Virus record (IMG/VR): IMGVR_UViG_3300044796_000662
Location: 298,938-362,937 of that record
DNA: 64,000 bases
Strand: one strand, 5' to 3'
The position numbers were made by a program, and so were the translations under genes. Under the pieces are notes generated by a model, which ran no database searches, was not told where the DNA came from, and worked only from the letters and a program-made list of their open reading frames with translations. This document shows, in pieces, positions 23,597 to 34,117 of this stretch (position 1 is its first letter; every line of letters begins with the position of its first letter).

Positions 23597-25420
23597 GTGG
23601 ACACGCAGCGCCTCGTTCTTCAGGTCGTCCAGCGCCATCTGAGCGCCCAAAGGGGGCCTCTCACCGCTGCCGAGATGCTTTCGAAGCCTTGGCTCATGGG
23701 CGTGCGGCGCGGCTGGCTGTCCCTCTTGAGTCCGACCGTGCACGGTTGGGACGACGTCTTCCGCGCGTTCGACCGACTCATCGCGTTCGTGGACAACCTC
23801 GAAGAGCAGGTCCGCTACGTGCGCCAGGCTCCCTCGCTCGTGCTGACGGACTTCCAGAAGGAAGACGCCGAAGAGATCAAGGGGCTCTTCAAGAAACTGC
23901 ACGACGAGCTGGTGGACAAGAGGCGCAGCGCCGAGCACTGGTTCAACGTCGCGCACGGCAACACACCCTCGGGCACCTTCAACAAGGAAGAGGGCGAGAC
24001 GATGCTCACCCTCTACGAGACGAAGTTCGGCGACCTGCTCGAAGTGCACGTCCCTACGAAGACCAACCCGTCGAAGGGCCAGTGGAACAAGACGCGGTCT
24101 GCGCATCTGACCGAGATCCTCGACAAGCTCCTCGCGCTGCTCCGCGCCCAGGCGCAGATCATCAACAAGGACAAGGATCTCACTCCGGAGGTGCAGGAGG
24201 ACACGGAGCGCCAGTGGGGTTCGCCGGCGTTCAAGGAATTCTCCTTCGGCCACATGAAGGTCGTGGTCACCGACCCCAAGTTCCACGGCAAGCTCATTGA
24301 GCGCTACATCCGTTGGGTCGATGCGGCCTACCAGCTCCTCGAAAACAAGGGGTTCCAGAAGCTCTGGTATGGGACCATGTTCATCGAGTCGGACTCCGTG
24401 GAGAAGCTGAGCGAGCAGGAGCAGGCCGGATACAAGGCGCTTGGCTACAAGGACATGCGCGCCCGTGCTGGCCGGTACCACGAAGGCGCGGATGTGTTCT
24501 ACCTCACGCAGCCGCCGGACGTGCACATCGCCTACTCGATCGTCCACGAGCTGGGACACCGCTACTGGTTCAAGTTCATGACCAGTGGCCAGCGTGCGAG
24601 ATTCGAGGCCCTGGTCAAGGTGCACCCCGAGGTCAAGGAAGAGAAATGGCGGCCGGCTCCCAACCCGCCCTTGGACCCGAGCGTGCTTCACGGTGTGCTA
24701 TCCGCGATCGACAAGCATGCGGGCGAGGTCGAGAAGGCCCTGCACAAGTTCGAGCGGTCGAAGGAAGGGTTCACCCGAGACCTCGACGCCTCGGGGTACC
24801 TCTACATGGCCGCCCACACCTTCGCGCAAGCCGTCCAGGATGAGCGCCAAAAGCTCTCCCCCTGGTCGTTGGGGGACGAGGAGACGCGTGCCTGGAAGGA
24901 CGTCCTCGAAGCTACCGAGCACCTCTACAAATTCCTGTTCAAGGTGGACACGGTCATCAAGGAGAGGATGAACGCGATGTCCGACTCCGAGGCCCTCAAG
25001 TACAAGTCCCCCAAGAACCCGGATCACCTCTGGCAGACCGTCTACGAGAAAAAGCTGCGCCCCGAGTGGCTGGCAGAGGCGCGCAGCGAGCTTGCTATCA
25101 CGGTCGAGAAGACCAAGGGATACATGACCTCGGTCTTCGACTGGTACAACGAGAAGGCCGAGAAGGCGAGGGCTGAGTACCAGAAGGAGATGGGGCCGGG
25201 AGTCGAGCTGGACGCCGAAGGCTTCGCCAAGGATGATCCCAGGGTCATCCTCCCGGTGACGGAGTACGGTCGGTCCCACATCCGTGAAGCCTTCGCGGAG
25301 GTCTTCACGCACTACGTCTACAACGCGGACATGGACAGGGACCAGCTTGAGAGCTTCCGGTCGGTCCTGTCCTCCAGCTCCGCAGACGACCTTTTCCAGG
25401 CTTTTCTGGCCCTGCTCTAG
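23597..25420 (+). CDS. large protein with zincin metallopeptidase motifs
   Basis: VHELGH plus distal TEYG…EAFAE; N-terminal LVLQVVQRHL motif. Confidence 0.8.
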   Translation: MDTQRLVLQVVQRHLSAQRGPLTAAEMLSKPWLMGVRRGWLSLLSPTVHGWDDVFRAFDRLIAFVDNLEEQVRYVRQAPSLVLTDFQKEDAEEIKGLFKKLHDELVDKRRSAEHWFNVAHGNTPSGTFNKEEGETMLTLYETKFGDLLEVHVPTKTNPSKGQWNKTRSAHLTEILDKLLALLRAQAQIINKDKDLTPEVQEDTERQWGSPAFKEFSFGHMKVVVTDPKFHGKLIERYIRWVDAAYQLLENKGFQKLWYGTMFIESDSVEKLSEQEQAGYKALGYKDMRARAGRYHEGADVFYLTQPPDVHIAYSIVHELGHRYWFKFMTSGQRARFEALVKVHPEVKEEKWRPAPNPPLDPSVLHGVLSAIDKHAGEVEKALHKFERSKEGFTRDLDASGYLYMAAHTFAQAVQDERQKLSPWSLGDEETRAWKDVLEATEHLYKFLFKVDTVIKERMNAMSDSEALKYKSPKNPDHLWQTVYEKKLRPEWLAEARSELAITVEKTKGYMTSVFDWYNEKAEKARAEYQKEMGPGVELDAEGFAKDDPRVILPVTEYGRSHIREAFAEVFTHYVYNADMDRDQLESFRSVLSSSSADDLFQAFLALL

Positions 25421-25476
25421 TTCTACTTATCGCCGGCCCTCATCGAGGCCCCGTGTGGGGTGCTCTGAGGTAGCCG

Positions 25477-28400
25477 ATGCCCGTCTCCCCGATTTGCCTC
25501 GTTGCCGATGGCGTTGGACCGTTCCTGCCGACCCTCAACGGGTTGAACATCGGTCCCGGCGACGTCACGTCCATTCAGCTCGCGAGCACCGCGGGTGTGA
25601 CGAACTGGTACCTCCAGATCACTGGAACGGACGAACTGGTCACCACGTTGCCCACGCTGACGGGTGTCGGCGGCGGTAACCTGGTCGCCACACCCTCTAC
25701 GACTGTCACCTTCACGTTCCCGCCTGCGGGGACGGCGCTGCTCTTCCAGAGCACGGTTGACGGCGTCGGAGGCCCCGTCACCACGACCTTCGGGCTCTTC
25801 TCGCTCACGACCGGCGGTCATCGCGTCGGCGCCAAGGGGATGATCCTGGAGGGCAGCACCTCGACGGCCGCTCTTGGGGGTGGTTGGACCACCATCGTCA
25901 ACCCGGCGATCCGCAACATCGGTGTGTCCGTTGGGGCCGTGACCTCCGTTTCCGGTTCGAGCCCCATCGCCTCCTCGGGCGGCACGACGCCGACCATCAG
26001 CCTCTCGGTCCCATCACAGGCGCAAGGCGACCTGCTCTACTTCAATGGGACCAACTGGGTACGCCTCCCGGCAGGATCCACAGGACAGTTCCTCAAGACC
26101 TTCGGCGCCGGTCAGAATCCCGCATGGGCCACGGTGAGCGGTGGCGGTGGCGGGGGTTTCTCGGACAACGCCACTGCGGAGCGCGTCCGTCAACTCCCTG
26201 CGTTGCGTGGGAACAACGTCAGGACACTTCCCTTCGATGACATTCCGAGGCTCACGGACAGCCCTGGATCACGTGCCGGCGCTGCCTTGGCCACTCTCGC
26301 GGACAAGGCTTTCATCGTCAATGGCAGCGGCATCATGTACGGGATGGACCTGCTCACGGGTGCGAACTGCGCGGGGGCAAACAACTCCTTGTTCAACTTG
26401 GGGGCCGGGCCGGTCGAGCTTCTTGGCGTGCGCGGGCAGAGCAGCTCCGGGTCACAGGACTATCTCTTTGCAGCGCTGCCTCCCCTACCCGTCGAGAACC
26501 CCTGGGATCTATCATTCAGCTCGGGAACGAATCGCGTCTGGGTTGTCCTCAACAACCAGAAGGGTCAGACGGTACTCTCCTTCGACGCCACCTCTCTGTC
26601 GTTGATTACGGCGACAGACGTGAGTTCTTTGCTCAACTACCCATCACGCGTCATCACGGACAACACCTACGCCTACGTGGCTGCGGGCTACTGGGGTGAT
26701 GGAGATCGCTACGCCGTCATCATCAACCAATCGACGGGCGCGCTAGTCGGTGCGATCGATGTCGGCAGCGGGTTTCAAGCCAACGACATGGCGCTCGATG
26801 GCGCTGGCAACCTGTACGTGACTGCATACGCCACTGGCCCCGGCGTGCAGACCAGCACCGTGCAGAAGTTCAGCATCGCTGCCGCCATCACAGCGGGGCC
26901 CCTGTCGCCCATCACTTACTCGGTCAAGACACCAGTCACACGTGCGTACTACTCCGTGGCATACGACACGGTGACGTCCTCGATCTTCGCCGGGACGATG
27001 GGAGCTACGGACGGAGCTGAGCACCTTGTTCAGCTCAATCCATCAACCCTCGTGGAGATCGCTCACTTGGACATTGTCCCAGACATGTCCACGTTCACAT
27101 TCCAGCACTTCGAGTTCTTGCTTCCTGCCTTCGGCTCCCTCTGGGTCAGTTCGTACGGGAAGTACCTTCTCCGCATCAACACGAGCACCTTCCCCACGGG
27201 GACACCGTTTACGGCACCGTTCCTGAGCAGCGGTTGCGTGACCGTGATCAACCTCTCCTCTGCGAGCAACCTGTTCGGGCTCAGCGCCGACACCACGGAC
27301 AACACCATCCTGATCGGCAACGAGAATGCGGCAGACATCTTCCGGGTCAGCTCCGCAAGCAACACCCAGGTCTCTACCATCTCCGGCGGCGGTGGGTTTA
27401 CGGCAGAAACAGCCGTCTTCACAACATCCGCGATCTGGACCACGTTCACTGTTGTCGTGCTCTACACGCCAGCGGTTGGGACCGAGACCATCATCCAAGA
27501 CGCGACGGCTGCGGAAGTAAGCCTCATGGGTGTTAGCGGTCAGTCTCCGAGCGTGGCTGTCTCTCCGATTTACGAGTCCATCTGTCCGGCCCCCGTGCGA
27601 GCATGCCTTGTGTCGAGCGGGGGAGCCCCGAAAGACCTCACCGCCGGCAACTCGCAGGTGTTCGCAGTCAGCACCACTACCGGAGAGATCGTCCTCATCG
27701 ATCCGTCTGGGGGCGTTCACAGTGCCTACAGCACGGGGGATACCCCAGGAGCGATGTTCGTTGACGACTCGGGGTTCCTGTGGGTCGCCTGCACGACCTC
27801 GAACAACATCCTGAAATTCTCGGTCAATCTGACGGCCTACACCTTGAGCCTCGTGCAAACGATCTCGGCCGGGGTCACTGCGCTGGACATGATTTCGGAC
27901 GGGCGTTTCGCACGGGTAGTCGCAAACATCGCGGGAACCCCCACGCTTTATTCCTGGGATCTGCAAACGGGCAACGCTGGCCCCGTGCTGCCTCTCACGG
28001 GCACGAACTTCGGTGGGTTCACGTTCACGTACCCCCGAGACTTCTACTACAACTCGGCGAAAGACTGGCTCTGGGTTACTGACCAAAGCAGCACCACAAC
28101 CACTGTCGTAGCTGTCAAGACAAGCAATCAGGCTGTAGAGCAAGTCCTGAGTGTTCCGAGTCTGCCGCTCAGCGGGCAACTGCCAAACACCTGGACTGGT
28201 GCTCGGAGAGTCATCGGAGACAGCACTAACGTGTACGTCACCGACGCGACCAACAGTTCTCCTTACGTAGCCATCATCAACCAGACAAGCGGCCTAGTCG
28301 TGGGGCTCATCTCTGTCGGCTCGAATCAAGCCAGAGACATGGCACTTGACGGGCTGGGGAACATCTTCGTCGTCAACCGTATCAGCTCGGTCACGAGCAG

Positions 28401-29151
28401 CACCATCAAGAAGTACAACATCGCTGCGGCCATTGCGGCGTACCCCTCGACGTACACCACCACAGCAGCCGTCACAGCCACCACTCGCGGCTATCACGTA
28501 TGCGCTTGGGACCCCGTGACCTCCAATCTCTGGGCAGGGACTCAGAACAACGGGAACTCACCGTACGCCACCGTGGAAACGATGGTGCAGCTAGACCCCT
28601 CGACGCTCAATGAGATCGCGCATCTCGATTTCACACAGTCGGGGGGCTACTTCCAGTACATGATCGCGGCGTTCGGTTCTCTCTGGTTCTCAAGCGCTTC
28701 CTCGGCACCGTTCACGGGATACTCGGGAAACCTTTTCCGCGTGAATCCTTCGACGTTCCCAGCCGGAGGCTCCGTCACCGCCATCACAACCTCCACCGTG
28801 AGCACGGACGCCATCTCGGCTGACACGACCAACAACACCATCTTGGTCGGCGACAACTACAGCGGCAACATCGTCTCTCGTGTCAGCGCTGGGAGCAACA
28901 CCCAGGTGTCCACTATCAGCCCGCCCACCAGCGGGAACAACATGGCATTTGCTACGCCCACGGCCATCTGGATCACCGCGGGGTCTCTATCGCCAGGTCT
29001 GTTCCTATACACGACCGGCGTTGGCACAGAGACAGAGATCAGCGAGTTCACGCAGGTTCCTTTGCCCGGCGCTGGGGCACGTCTCGCGTGGGATGGGGTG
29101 TCGATCTACCTCGCTGTGTCCCCGGGCCTCGGGGCAGGAAACGAAGGCTGA
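25477..29151 (+). CDS. tail fibre / receptor-binding protein with tandem beta-propeller repeats
   Basis: 1224 aa, S/T/G-rich; QGDLLYFNGTNWVRL fibre motif; two homologous ~330-aa internal units. Confidence 0.8.
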   Translation: MPVSPICLVADGVGPFLPTLNGLNIGPGDVTSIQLASTAGVTNWYLQITGTDELVTTLPTLTGVGGGNLVATPSTTVTFTFPPAGTALLFQSTVDGVGGPVTTTFGLFSLTTGGHRVGAKGMILEGSTSTAALGGGWTTIVNPAIRNIGVSVGAVTSVSGSSPIASSGGTTPTISLSVPSQAQGDLLYFNGTNWVRLPAGSTGQFLKTFGAGQNPAWATVSGGGGGGFSDNATAERVRQLPALRGNNVRTLPFDDIPRLTDSPGSRAGAALATLADKAFIVNGSGIMYGMDLLTGANCAGANNSLFNLGAGPVELLGVRGQSSSGSQDYLFAALPPLPVENPWDLSFSSGTNRVWVVLNNQKGQTVLSFDATSLSLITATDVSSLLNYPSRVITDNTYAYVAAGYWGDGDRYAVIINQSTGALVGAIDVGSGFQANDMALDGAGNLYVTAYATGPGVQTSTVQKFSIAAAITAGPLSPITYSVKTPVTRAYYSVAYDTVTSSIFAGTMGATDGAEHLVQLNPSTLVEIAHLDIVPDMSTFTFQHFEFLLPAFGSLWVSSYGKYLLRINTSTFPTGTPFTAPFLSSGCVTVINLSSASNLFGLSADTTDNTILIGNENAADIFRVSSASNTQVSTISGGGGFTAETAVFTTSAIWTTFTVVVLYTPAVGTETIIQDATAAEVSLMGVSGQSPSVAVSPIYESICPAPVRACLVSSGGAPKDLTAGNSQVFAVSTTTGEIVLIDPSGGVHSAYSTGDTPGAMFVDDSGFLWVACTTSNNILKFSVNLTAYTLSLVQTISAGVTALDMISDGRFARVVANIAGTPTLYSWDLQTGNAGPVLPLTGTNFGGFTFTYPRDFYYNSAKDWLWVTDQSSTTTTVVAVKTSNQAVEQVLSVPSLPLSGQLPNTWTGARRVIGDSTNVYVTDATNSSPYVAIINQTSGLVVGLISVGSNQARDMALDGLGNIFVVNRISSVTSSTIKKYNIAAAIAAYPSTYTTTAAVTATTRGYHVCAWDPVTSNLWAGTQNNGNSPYATVETMVQLDPSTLNEIAHLDFTQSGGYFQYMIAAFGSLWFSSASSAPFTGYSGNLFRVNPSTFPAGGSVTAITTSTVSTDAISADTTNNTILVGDNYSGNIVSRVSAGSNTQVSTISPPTSGNNMAFATPTAIWITAGSLSPGLFLYTTGVGTETEISEFTQVPLPGAGARLAWDGVSIYLAVSPGLGAGNEG

Positions 29152-29154
29152 GCC

Positions 29155-30327
29155 ATGTCCGGACCCTCTCCGACTGTTTGGCGGATCCACCCTGACACGG
29201 GTGAGATCCTGTCCGCTGTTGCCCCCCAATACCCGTACGCCAGAGCTATCGCGATCGATAGCTCTGGGACACTGGTCGTCTCGTCCTACAATCACAGTGG
29301 GTCCACGGGTGTTCACGGCCTTACCGCAGTCTCCGGTGCCTTCGAAGATCGCAGCTTCAACAGCATCCGTACCCTGACGCGTCCGCTCATCTTCAACAAC
29401 GGTGGCAACCCCTATCTGGGTGCCATCTATGGCTACGGCACTATCAACCTCACATGGACGTCGCAGACCGCGATGGTCCTGTCGAACATCACCTCCACCA
29501 CCGTCTACCTGCTCCCGCCATCTGGTGGACTGAATACGGTGCAAGCCAACTCGGTTGTGGTGGTTGTGGACGCGGGTGGAAACGCGGGTACCAACAACAT
29601 CACCGTCAACGGTAACGGGTTCAACGTCGAGAACCCTGCCTCGCCTGGAAGCTACGCCTCCTCTGTCTCGCTTACGACGAGCGGGCAAGTTGTCGCGTGG
29701 ATCTTTGACATAGACAACAGCCGCTACAAGTTCCTGTTCGCGAACGGGGGTGGTAGCGGTGGGGGCATCACCGTCGATCAAGGTGGCGCGGACATCGGCG
29801 GCAACCCTCACACGGTCCTGAACTTCACGACCAACATGACGGCGACCAACGCCGGCGGTGGGGTCGCAACGATCACGGCGGGCATCACCGTCCAATCTGC
29901 CGGCACGGGGCTCGCCAACAACCCCCACACGACGCTCAACTTCGCGGGCGGCGCTGTGGCGGTCGATTCAGGAAGCGGCGTCGCTACCATCAACGTCGCC
30001 CCAGGCCCTGGTGGGTACGTCCTGGTCGGGAACGCGAACCCCTCTACGGGAAACCTCAGCAACACCGTCCTTCAGGCCATCGTCGATTCGAGCGTGGCCA
30101 CGACCACCGTGAACGCACCGGACCTGGTCAGCGGCACCTTCATGCAGCAGACCTTCCGTGTGACTGACGATACGGGGCACGCAGCGACCAACCCCATCAC
30201 CATCACCAGCGGGCAGCCCCTCGAAGATCCGAACGTCCACGGGACGTACGCGACTTCGGTCCAGATCACCGTCAACAGCCAGTCGATCGACTGGCAGTGG
30301 ACTGGTTCGCACTACAAGATCGTCTGA
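29155..30327 (+). CDS. tail-fibre-associated structural protein (in frame with the preceding gene)
   Basis: 390 aa; repeated VVVVDAGGNA.TNNITV / TDDTG.AATNPITI and NPHT.LNF motifs. Confidence 0.75.
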   Translation: MSGPSPTVWRIHPDTGEILSAVAPQYPYARAIAIDSSGTLVVSSYNHSGSTGVHGLTAVSGAFEDRSFNSIRTLTRPLIFNNGGNPYLGAIYGYGTINLTWTSQTAMVLSNITSTTVYLLPPSGGLNTVQANSVVVVVDAGGNAGTNNITVNGNGFNVENPASPGSYASSVSLTTSGQVVAWIFDIDNSRYKFLFANGGGSGGGITVDQGGADIGGNPHTVLNFTTNMTATNAGGGVATITAGITVQSAGTGLANNPHTTLNFAGGAVAVDSGSGVATINVAPGPGGYVLVGNANPSTGNLSNTVLQAIVDSSVATTTVNAPDLVSGTFMQQTFRVTDDTGHAATNPITITSGQPLEDPNVHGTYATSVQITVNSQSIDWQWTGSHYKIV

Positions 30328-30334
30328 GGCGAGG

Positions 30335-31369
30335 ATGAGTTTTCTCCCCCTCCCCGACATCACGCTATCAGGTACCACCACCGGAAGTGGTGCGGGGGAG
30401 ACTATTGAGCTTCTGCCGACCTTCACGTTGAAGGGCAACGTCTCCGCGACGATCGAAGTCCGGGTCATCGCCAATGGGACCACGTACCCTTATGCGCGGG
30501 TCGTTCAGTCCTTCATCCAAAGGGTCACTGTTCGACGGAACTTCGGGGTTACGTCCGTAGAGGCCGCCGATACCCCAGTCCAGTTTGGCGACTCGGGGGC
30601 CTCCTCCTGGGCGATCTCCGTAGCAGCGGCGTCGAGCCCGGACCGGCTCAAGATCACATTCTCGACAGGTACAACGCAGGCCATCGCCACGGCAACGGCC
30701 GACTTGTTCATCACGAAGACCGCCACTCCACCGCCGATCCCTACGGGGTACATTCAGTTCCTTCGAGGAGACCTCGGTCTGACCCTGAGCGGGTCCGATG
30801 TCCTGGCTTGGGCCGATCAGAGCACGTTCGGATACAACGAAACGTTGGAGGGTGGTTCGACGCCCATCACATCCGGAACGTCTGGATCGTTCAACGGCCA
30901 GAACGTGCTCACTGGCACCTCCGGTTCCTATCTGAGTGTACCCAGCCCGCCTTCAACCCCCGTGTCCGGGACTACGATGGCCCTGGTCTTTCAGGCCAGC
31001 ATTGGTGTTAGTAACCAGTTGAGTTGGTTCTACGGGAACAATGGGGCGCTGGCAGTTCAGGTTCAGCCGAACGGCCACGCACAGCTCGCCTACAACACGA
31101 CACTCTTCTCGACTACCTCTTCGACGAACGCGCAGGTTCTCCTGTTCACGATCGACACTGGCGCCAACGCCACGATGTACGTCAACAGCTACACAACAAC
31201 CTCGACGGGCAACATCGGGGCGCCCTGGAACACGCAGTTCCAGGGCACGTCCCAGAACATCGCCTATCCCTTCGCGGAACAAGTTGTGTGGCCGTTCGTC
31301 CTGAGCAGCACTAGCATCAAAGACTACATGCTGTACGCGAGCGCTCGCTACGGGATCACCCTGGTCTGA
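30335..31369 (+). CDS. putative tail spike: shared N-terminal adaptor plus LamG/ConA-like head
   Basis: N-terminal ~130 aa homologous to the next two genes; WADQS and beta-sandwich C-terminus. Confidence 0.7.
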   Translation: MSFLPLPDITLSGTTTGSGAGETIELLPTFTLKGNVSATIEVRVIANGTTYPYARVVQSFIQRVTVRRNFGVTSVEAADTPVQFGDSGASSWAISVAAASSPDRLKITFSTGTTQAIATATADLFITKTATPPPIPTGYIQFLRGDLGLTLSGSDVLAWADQSTFGYNETLEGGSTPITSGTSGSFNGQNVLTGTSGSYLSVPSPPSTPVSGTTMALVFQASIGVSNQLSWFYGNNGALAVQVQPNGHAQLAYNTTLFSTTSSTNAQVLLFTIDTGANATMYVNSYTTTSTGNIGAPWNTQFQGTSQNIAYPFAEQVVWPFVLSSTSIKDYMLYASARYGITLV

Positions 31370-31371
31370 CC

Positions 31372-32574
31372 ATGAGCTACCTACCCCTCCCCTACACGAC
31401 TCTCAAGGGCACCACTCCGGGCTCCACGTCGGGGGAGTCGGTGGAGCTGACCCCCTTCTGGCCGACGCCTGGGCTCCTGAACAACAGGAGCGCCACACTC
31501 GAAATGCGGGTGGTCGCCGCCGGTTTCGCCTACGGCTCTGCAACCCTGACGCTTCAGTCATTCGTACAACGGTTCACGATCAAGCGCAGCTCCGGGGTCA
31601 CTACCATCACAGGCCAAGACACGCAGCACCAGTTCGGTGACTCGGGCGGGTCCTCCTGGACCGTGACCGCCTCCGTTGGCACCTCCCCGGACAGGTTCTC
31701 GATCGTGTTTACGACCGGGAGCACCACCTACTCGGTCAATGTGACAGCCGACGTGTACTTCACCTTCTCTGGGGCCACGGTCCCCGCCCCCACTCCGCTC
31801 GTCGAGTGGAGGACAGACCACGCGCTCTCTTTGGCGGCGGGAAACAACACCTGGAACTCACGCGTCCCATCCAACACCTACGAACTTCTGAGCATCGACT
31901 CGCACGACTTGACGTTGACGTCTTCGTGGCAGAACGGTCAGAACGGTGTTGGGTACCCCCACCACAACGCAGGGTATGCCGTTTCTGGTGGACGGGACTG
32001 CTTCTTGTCTCAGACCAACCCCCCACTCAGTGGCAACGACCTCACGGTTTACCTCGTGATGGACTTCCACACGTTCGGCAACCCGCCCGGCCCCGCGAGC
32101 ACAGGACCCATCTCGATCTTCCAGATCGGCGAGAGAAATCAACTGTCGGGCAACTGGCCTCAGTTCCAGATCGCGATCGACAACTCGTCCAGCTACATCT
32201 CTCTTTTCGACAGGGACACACCCGGTGTGGCGGGTGAGTACGCCCACGGGTTCAGCGTGCCAGCCATTGGCAACTCCCCGTATCTGATCGGGCCTACGCT
32301 CGTCGTCTGCCAGACGCAGCGCAACAGCGGTCACAACGTCATCTTCGGTGGGGTCCAGCTTTCCCCGATCGTCATCAACATCGCGGGAACCGTACCGGCC
32401 CTGACGACAGACGTCATGATGGTCTGCGGTGACGAGTATTACAACTCCGGGGGGACCAAGCTCACCGACGAGTGTGGGTGCACGCTCGGCAACATCCTCA
32501 TCTACAACGCCTACCACAACTCCACGACCATCTCGGCGGTATCGTCGGCCCTCAACACATACTGGGGGCTCTGA
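31372..32574 (+). CDS. putative tail spike: shared N-terminal adaptor plus LamG/ConA-like head
   Basis: QFGDSG.SSW…PDRF..F.TG block shared with neighbours. Confidence 0.7.
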   Translation: MSYLPLPYTTLKGTTPGSTSGESVELTPFWPTPGLLNNRSATLEMRVVAAGFAYGSATLTLQSFVQRFTIKRSSGVTTITGQDTQHQFGDSGGSSWTVTASVGTSPDRFSIVFTTGSTTYSVNVTADVYFTFSGATVPAPTPLVEWRTDHALSLAAGNNTWNSRVPSNTYELLSIDSHDLTLTSSWQNGQNGVGYPHHNAGYAVSGGRDCFLSQTNPPLSGNDLTVYLVMDFHTFGNPPGPASTGPISIFQIGERNQLSGNWPQFQIAIDNSSSYISLFDRDTPGVAGEYAHGFSVPAIGNSPYLIGPTLVVCQTQRNSGHNVIFGGVQLSPIVINIAGTVPALTTDVMMVCGDEYYNSGGTKLTDECGCTLGNILIYNAYHNSTTISAVSSALNTYWGL

Positions 32575-34115
32575 TGACCTACCTGTCTCTGCCACTCATC
32601 ACCCTCACGGGGTCCACTCCAGGAGCATCGTCGGGCGAATCCGTGGAGCTGGAGCCGAACCTCATCCTGAAAAACGGAGAGGCGTACACGGTCACCGTCC
32701 AGGGAATCGCAACGGGGACCATCGGTGCATCAACAGTCACGCAGGGATTCATCCAGCACTTCTCCGTGCGGAAGGACTCCTCGGTTTCGACGATCACCGG
32801 CCAGGACACGCAGGACCAGTTCGGTGACTCGGGAGCCTCTTCCTGGACACTTGCAGCATCGATCGCGAGCGGGCCTGATCGCTTCAAGGTGCTCTTCACG
32901 ACCGGCTCCACGACAGCGAACACTCAAGTGGCCGTGGACGTCTTCGTGACGCAAAATGTTACCCCTGCGGGCTACACGCAGACGCTCTTCAAGGACATCT
33001 CGGACCTGTACTACAACCCGTCCACGGACCTCGTGTGGGTTGCAGACTTGGAACAGACGTCCGCGGTCATCCCGGTGATTCATGCTACGGCCCGCACGAC
33101 AGCAGCCGTGGTCAATGTACCCTCAGGCGCAGGCTGGGGCACAGGCGGCAACAACGGAGCGGGCGGTTTCGCGGCCGACGCAACGTACGTCTACGCGTGC
33201 CCCTCAGGGTCGTTCAGCAACACAATCGTTGTGATCAACCAGTCCACGTTCACGGTCGTGGGCTACTTGAACCCCACCTGGGGGAGCATTTCCTACTATA
33301 CGGCAAATCAGCCAAACAGGATGGTTGCGGTAGGCGGCTTCCTCTATGTGGTCGCGCAATCGACGATCTCGGGAAGAGCCAACGTTCTCAAGTTCAACAT
33401 CGCTTCCGCTGTCTCTTCGTTTCCGACGCCCGTCACCCCCACCGCTGCGAACACGGACTCGCATCTTTGGCAGGGTACAACCTCCGCAGCGTTCAACGCC
33501 AGGAGCATCACCTACAACTCAACCTCAGGCAACCTATGGGTGGGTTCGACCAACAACCTCGGTGGGCCGGTTACTGATACTGAGGCACTGTTCGAGATCA
33601 ATACATCCCTCACGACCGTTTCGGCGACCGAATACAACAGCGCGAACCGAAACCCGTCCACCTACTGGCTGACATACGCGTTCAGTCACGTCCTTTGGTC
33701 CGTTGGCGGCAACACCGCTTCGCCGCACATCACATTCAACAGCTCCACGGCTCAGATCTTCGCGGATGGGTCCCCCTTCGTCACGTTGCCGACCTCGCCC
33801 TCTCCGTACACGAGCAACATGCAGGCGTACAACACAGTCTACGACGGGGTAGACTCCACAATCCTTGTGGCAACTCCCAACGCACCAATTGGCTTCGGGT
33901 CGCCAGAGATCGTGTCTAGGTACAACTCCTCGGCGACCCTTGTGTCTACCATCGACACAGGAGCCACGGGCACGGTGACCGCGATCACTGCTACAACGAC
34001 AACAGGCGGCATCTGGCTCGGTCTCTTCGACCAGACCGGCAATATCGCGCACATCGCGGTCTACTCGCACACGATCGGATCTGAAACGCAGATCGCCAAC
34101 ATCACGGGGTTCTAG
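32574..34115 (+). CDS. putative tail spike: shared N-terminal adaptor plus beta-propeller
   Basis: ATG overlaps the upstream TGA; propeller homologous to the units of the 1224-aa protein. Confidence 0.72.
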   Translation: MTYLSLPLITLTGSTPGASSGESVELEPNLILKNGEAYTVTVQGIATGTIGASTVTQGFIQHFSVRKDSSVSTITGQDTQDQFGDSGASSWTLAASIASGPDRFKVLFTTGSTTANTQVAVDVFVTQNVTPAGYTQTLFKDISDLYYNPSTDLVWVADLEQTSAVIPVIHATARTTAAVVNVPSGAGWGTGGNNGAGGFAADATYVYACPSGSFSNTIVVINQSTFTVVGYLNPTWGSISYYTANQPNRMVAVGGFLYVVAQSTISGRANVLKFNIASAVSSFPTPVTPTAANTDSHLWQGTTSAAFNARSITYNSTSGNLWVGSTNNLGGPVTDTEALFEINTSLTTVSATEYNSANRNPSTYWLTYAFSHVLWSVGGNTASPHITFNSSTAQIFADGSPFVTLPTSPSPYTSNMQAYNTVYDGVDSTILVATPNAPIGFGSPEIVSRYNSSATLVSTIDTGATGTVTAITATTTTGGIWLGLFDQTGNIAHIAVYSHTIGSETQIANITGF

Positions 34116-34117
34116 TC

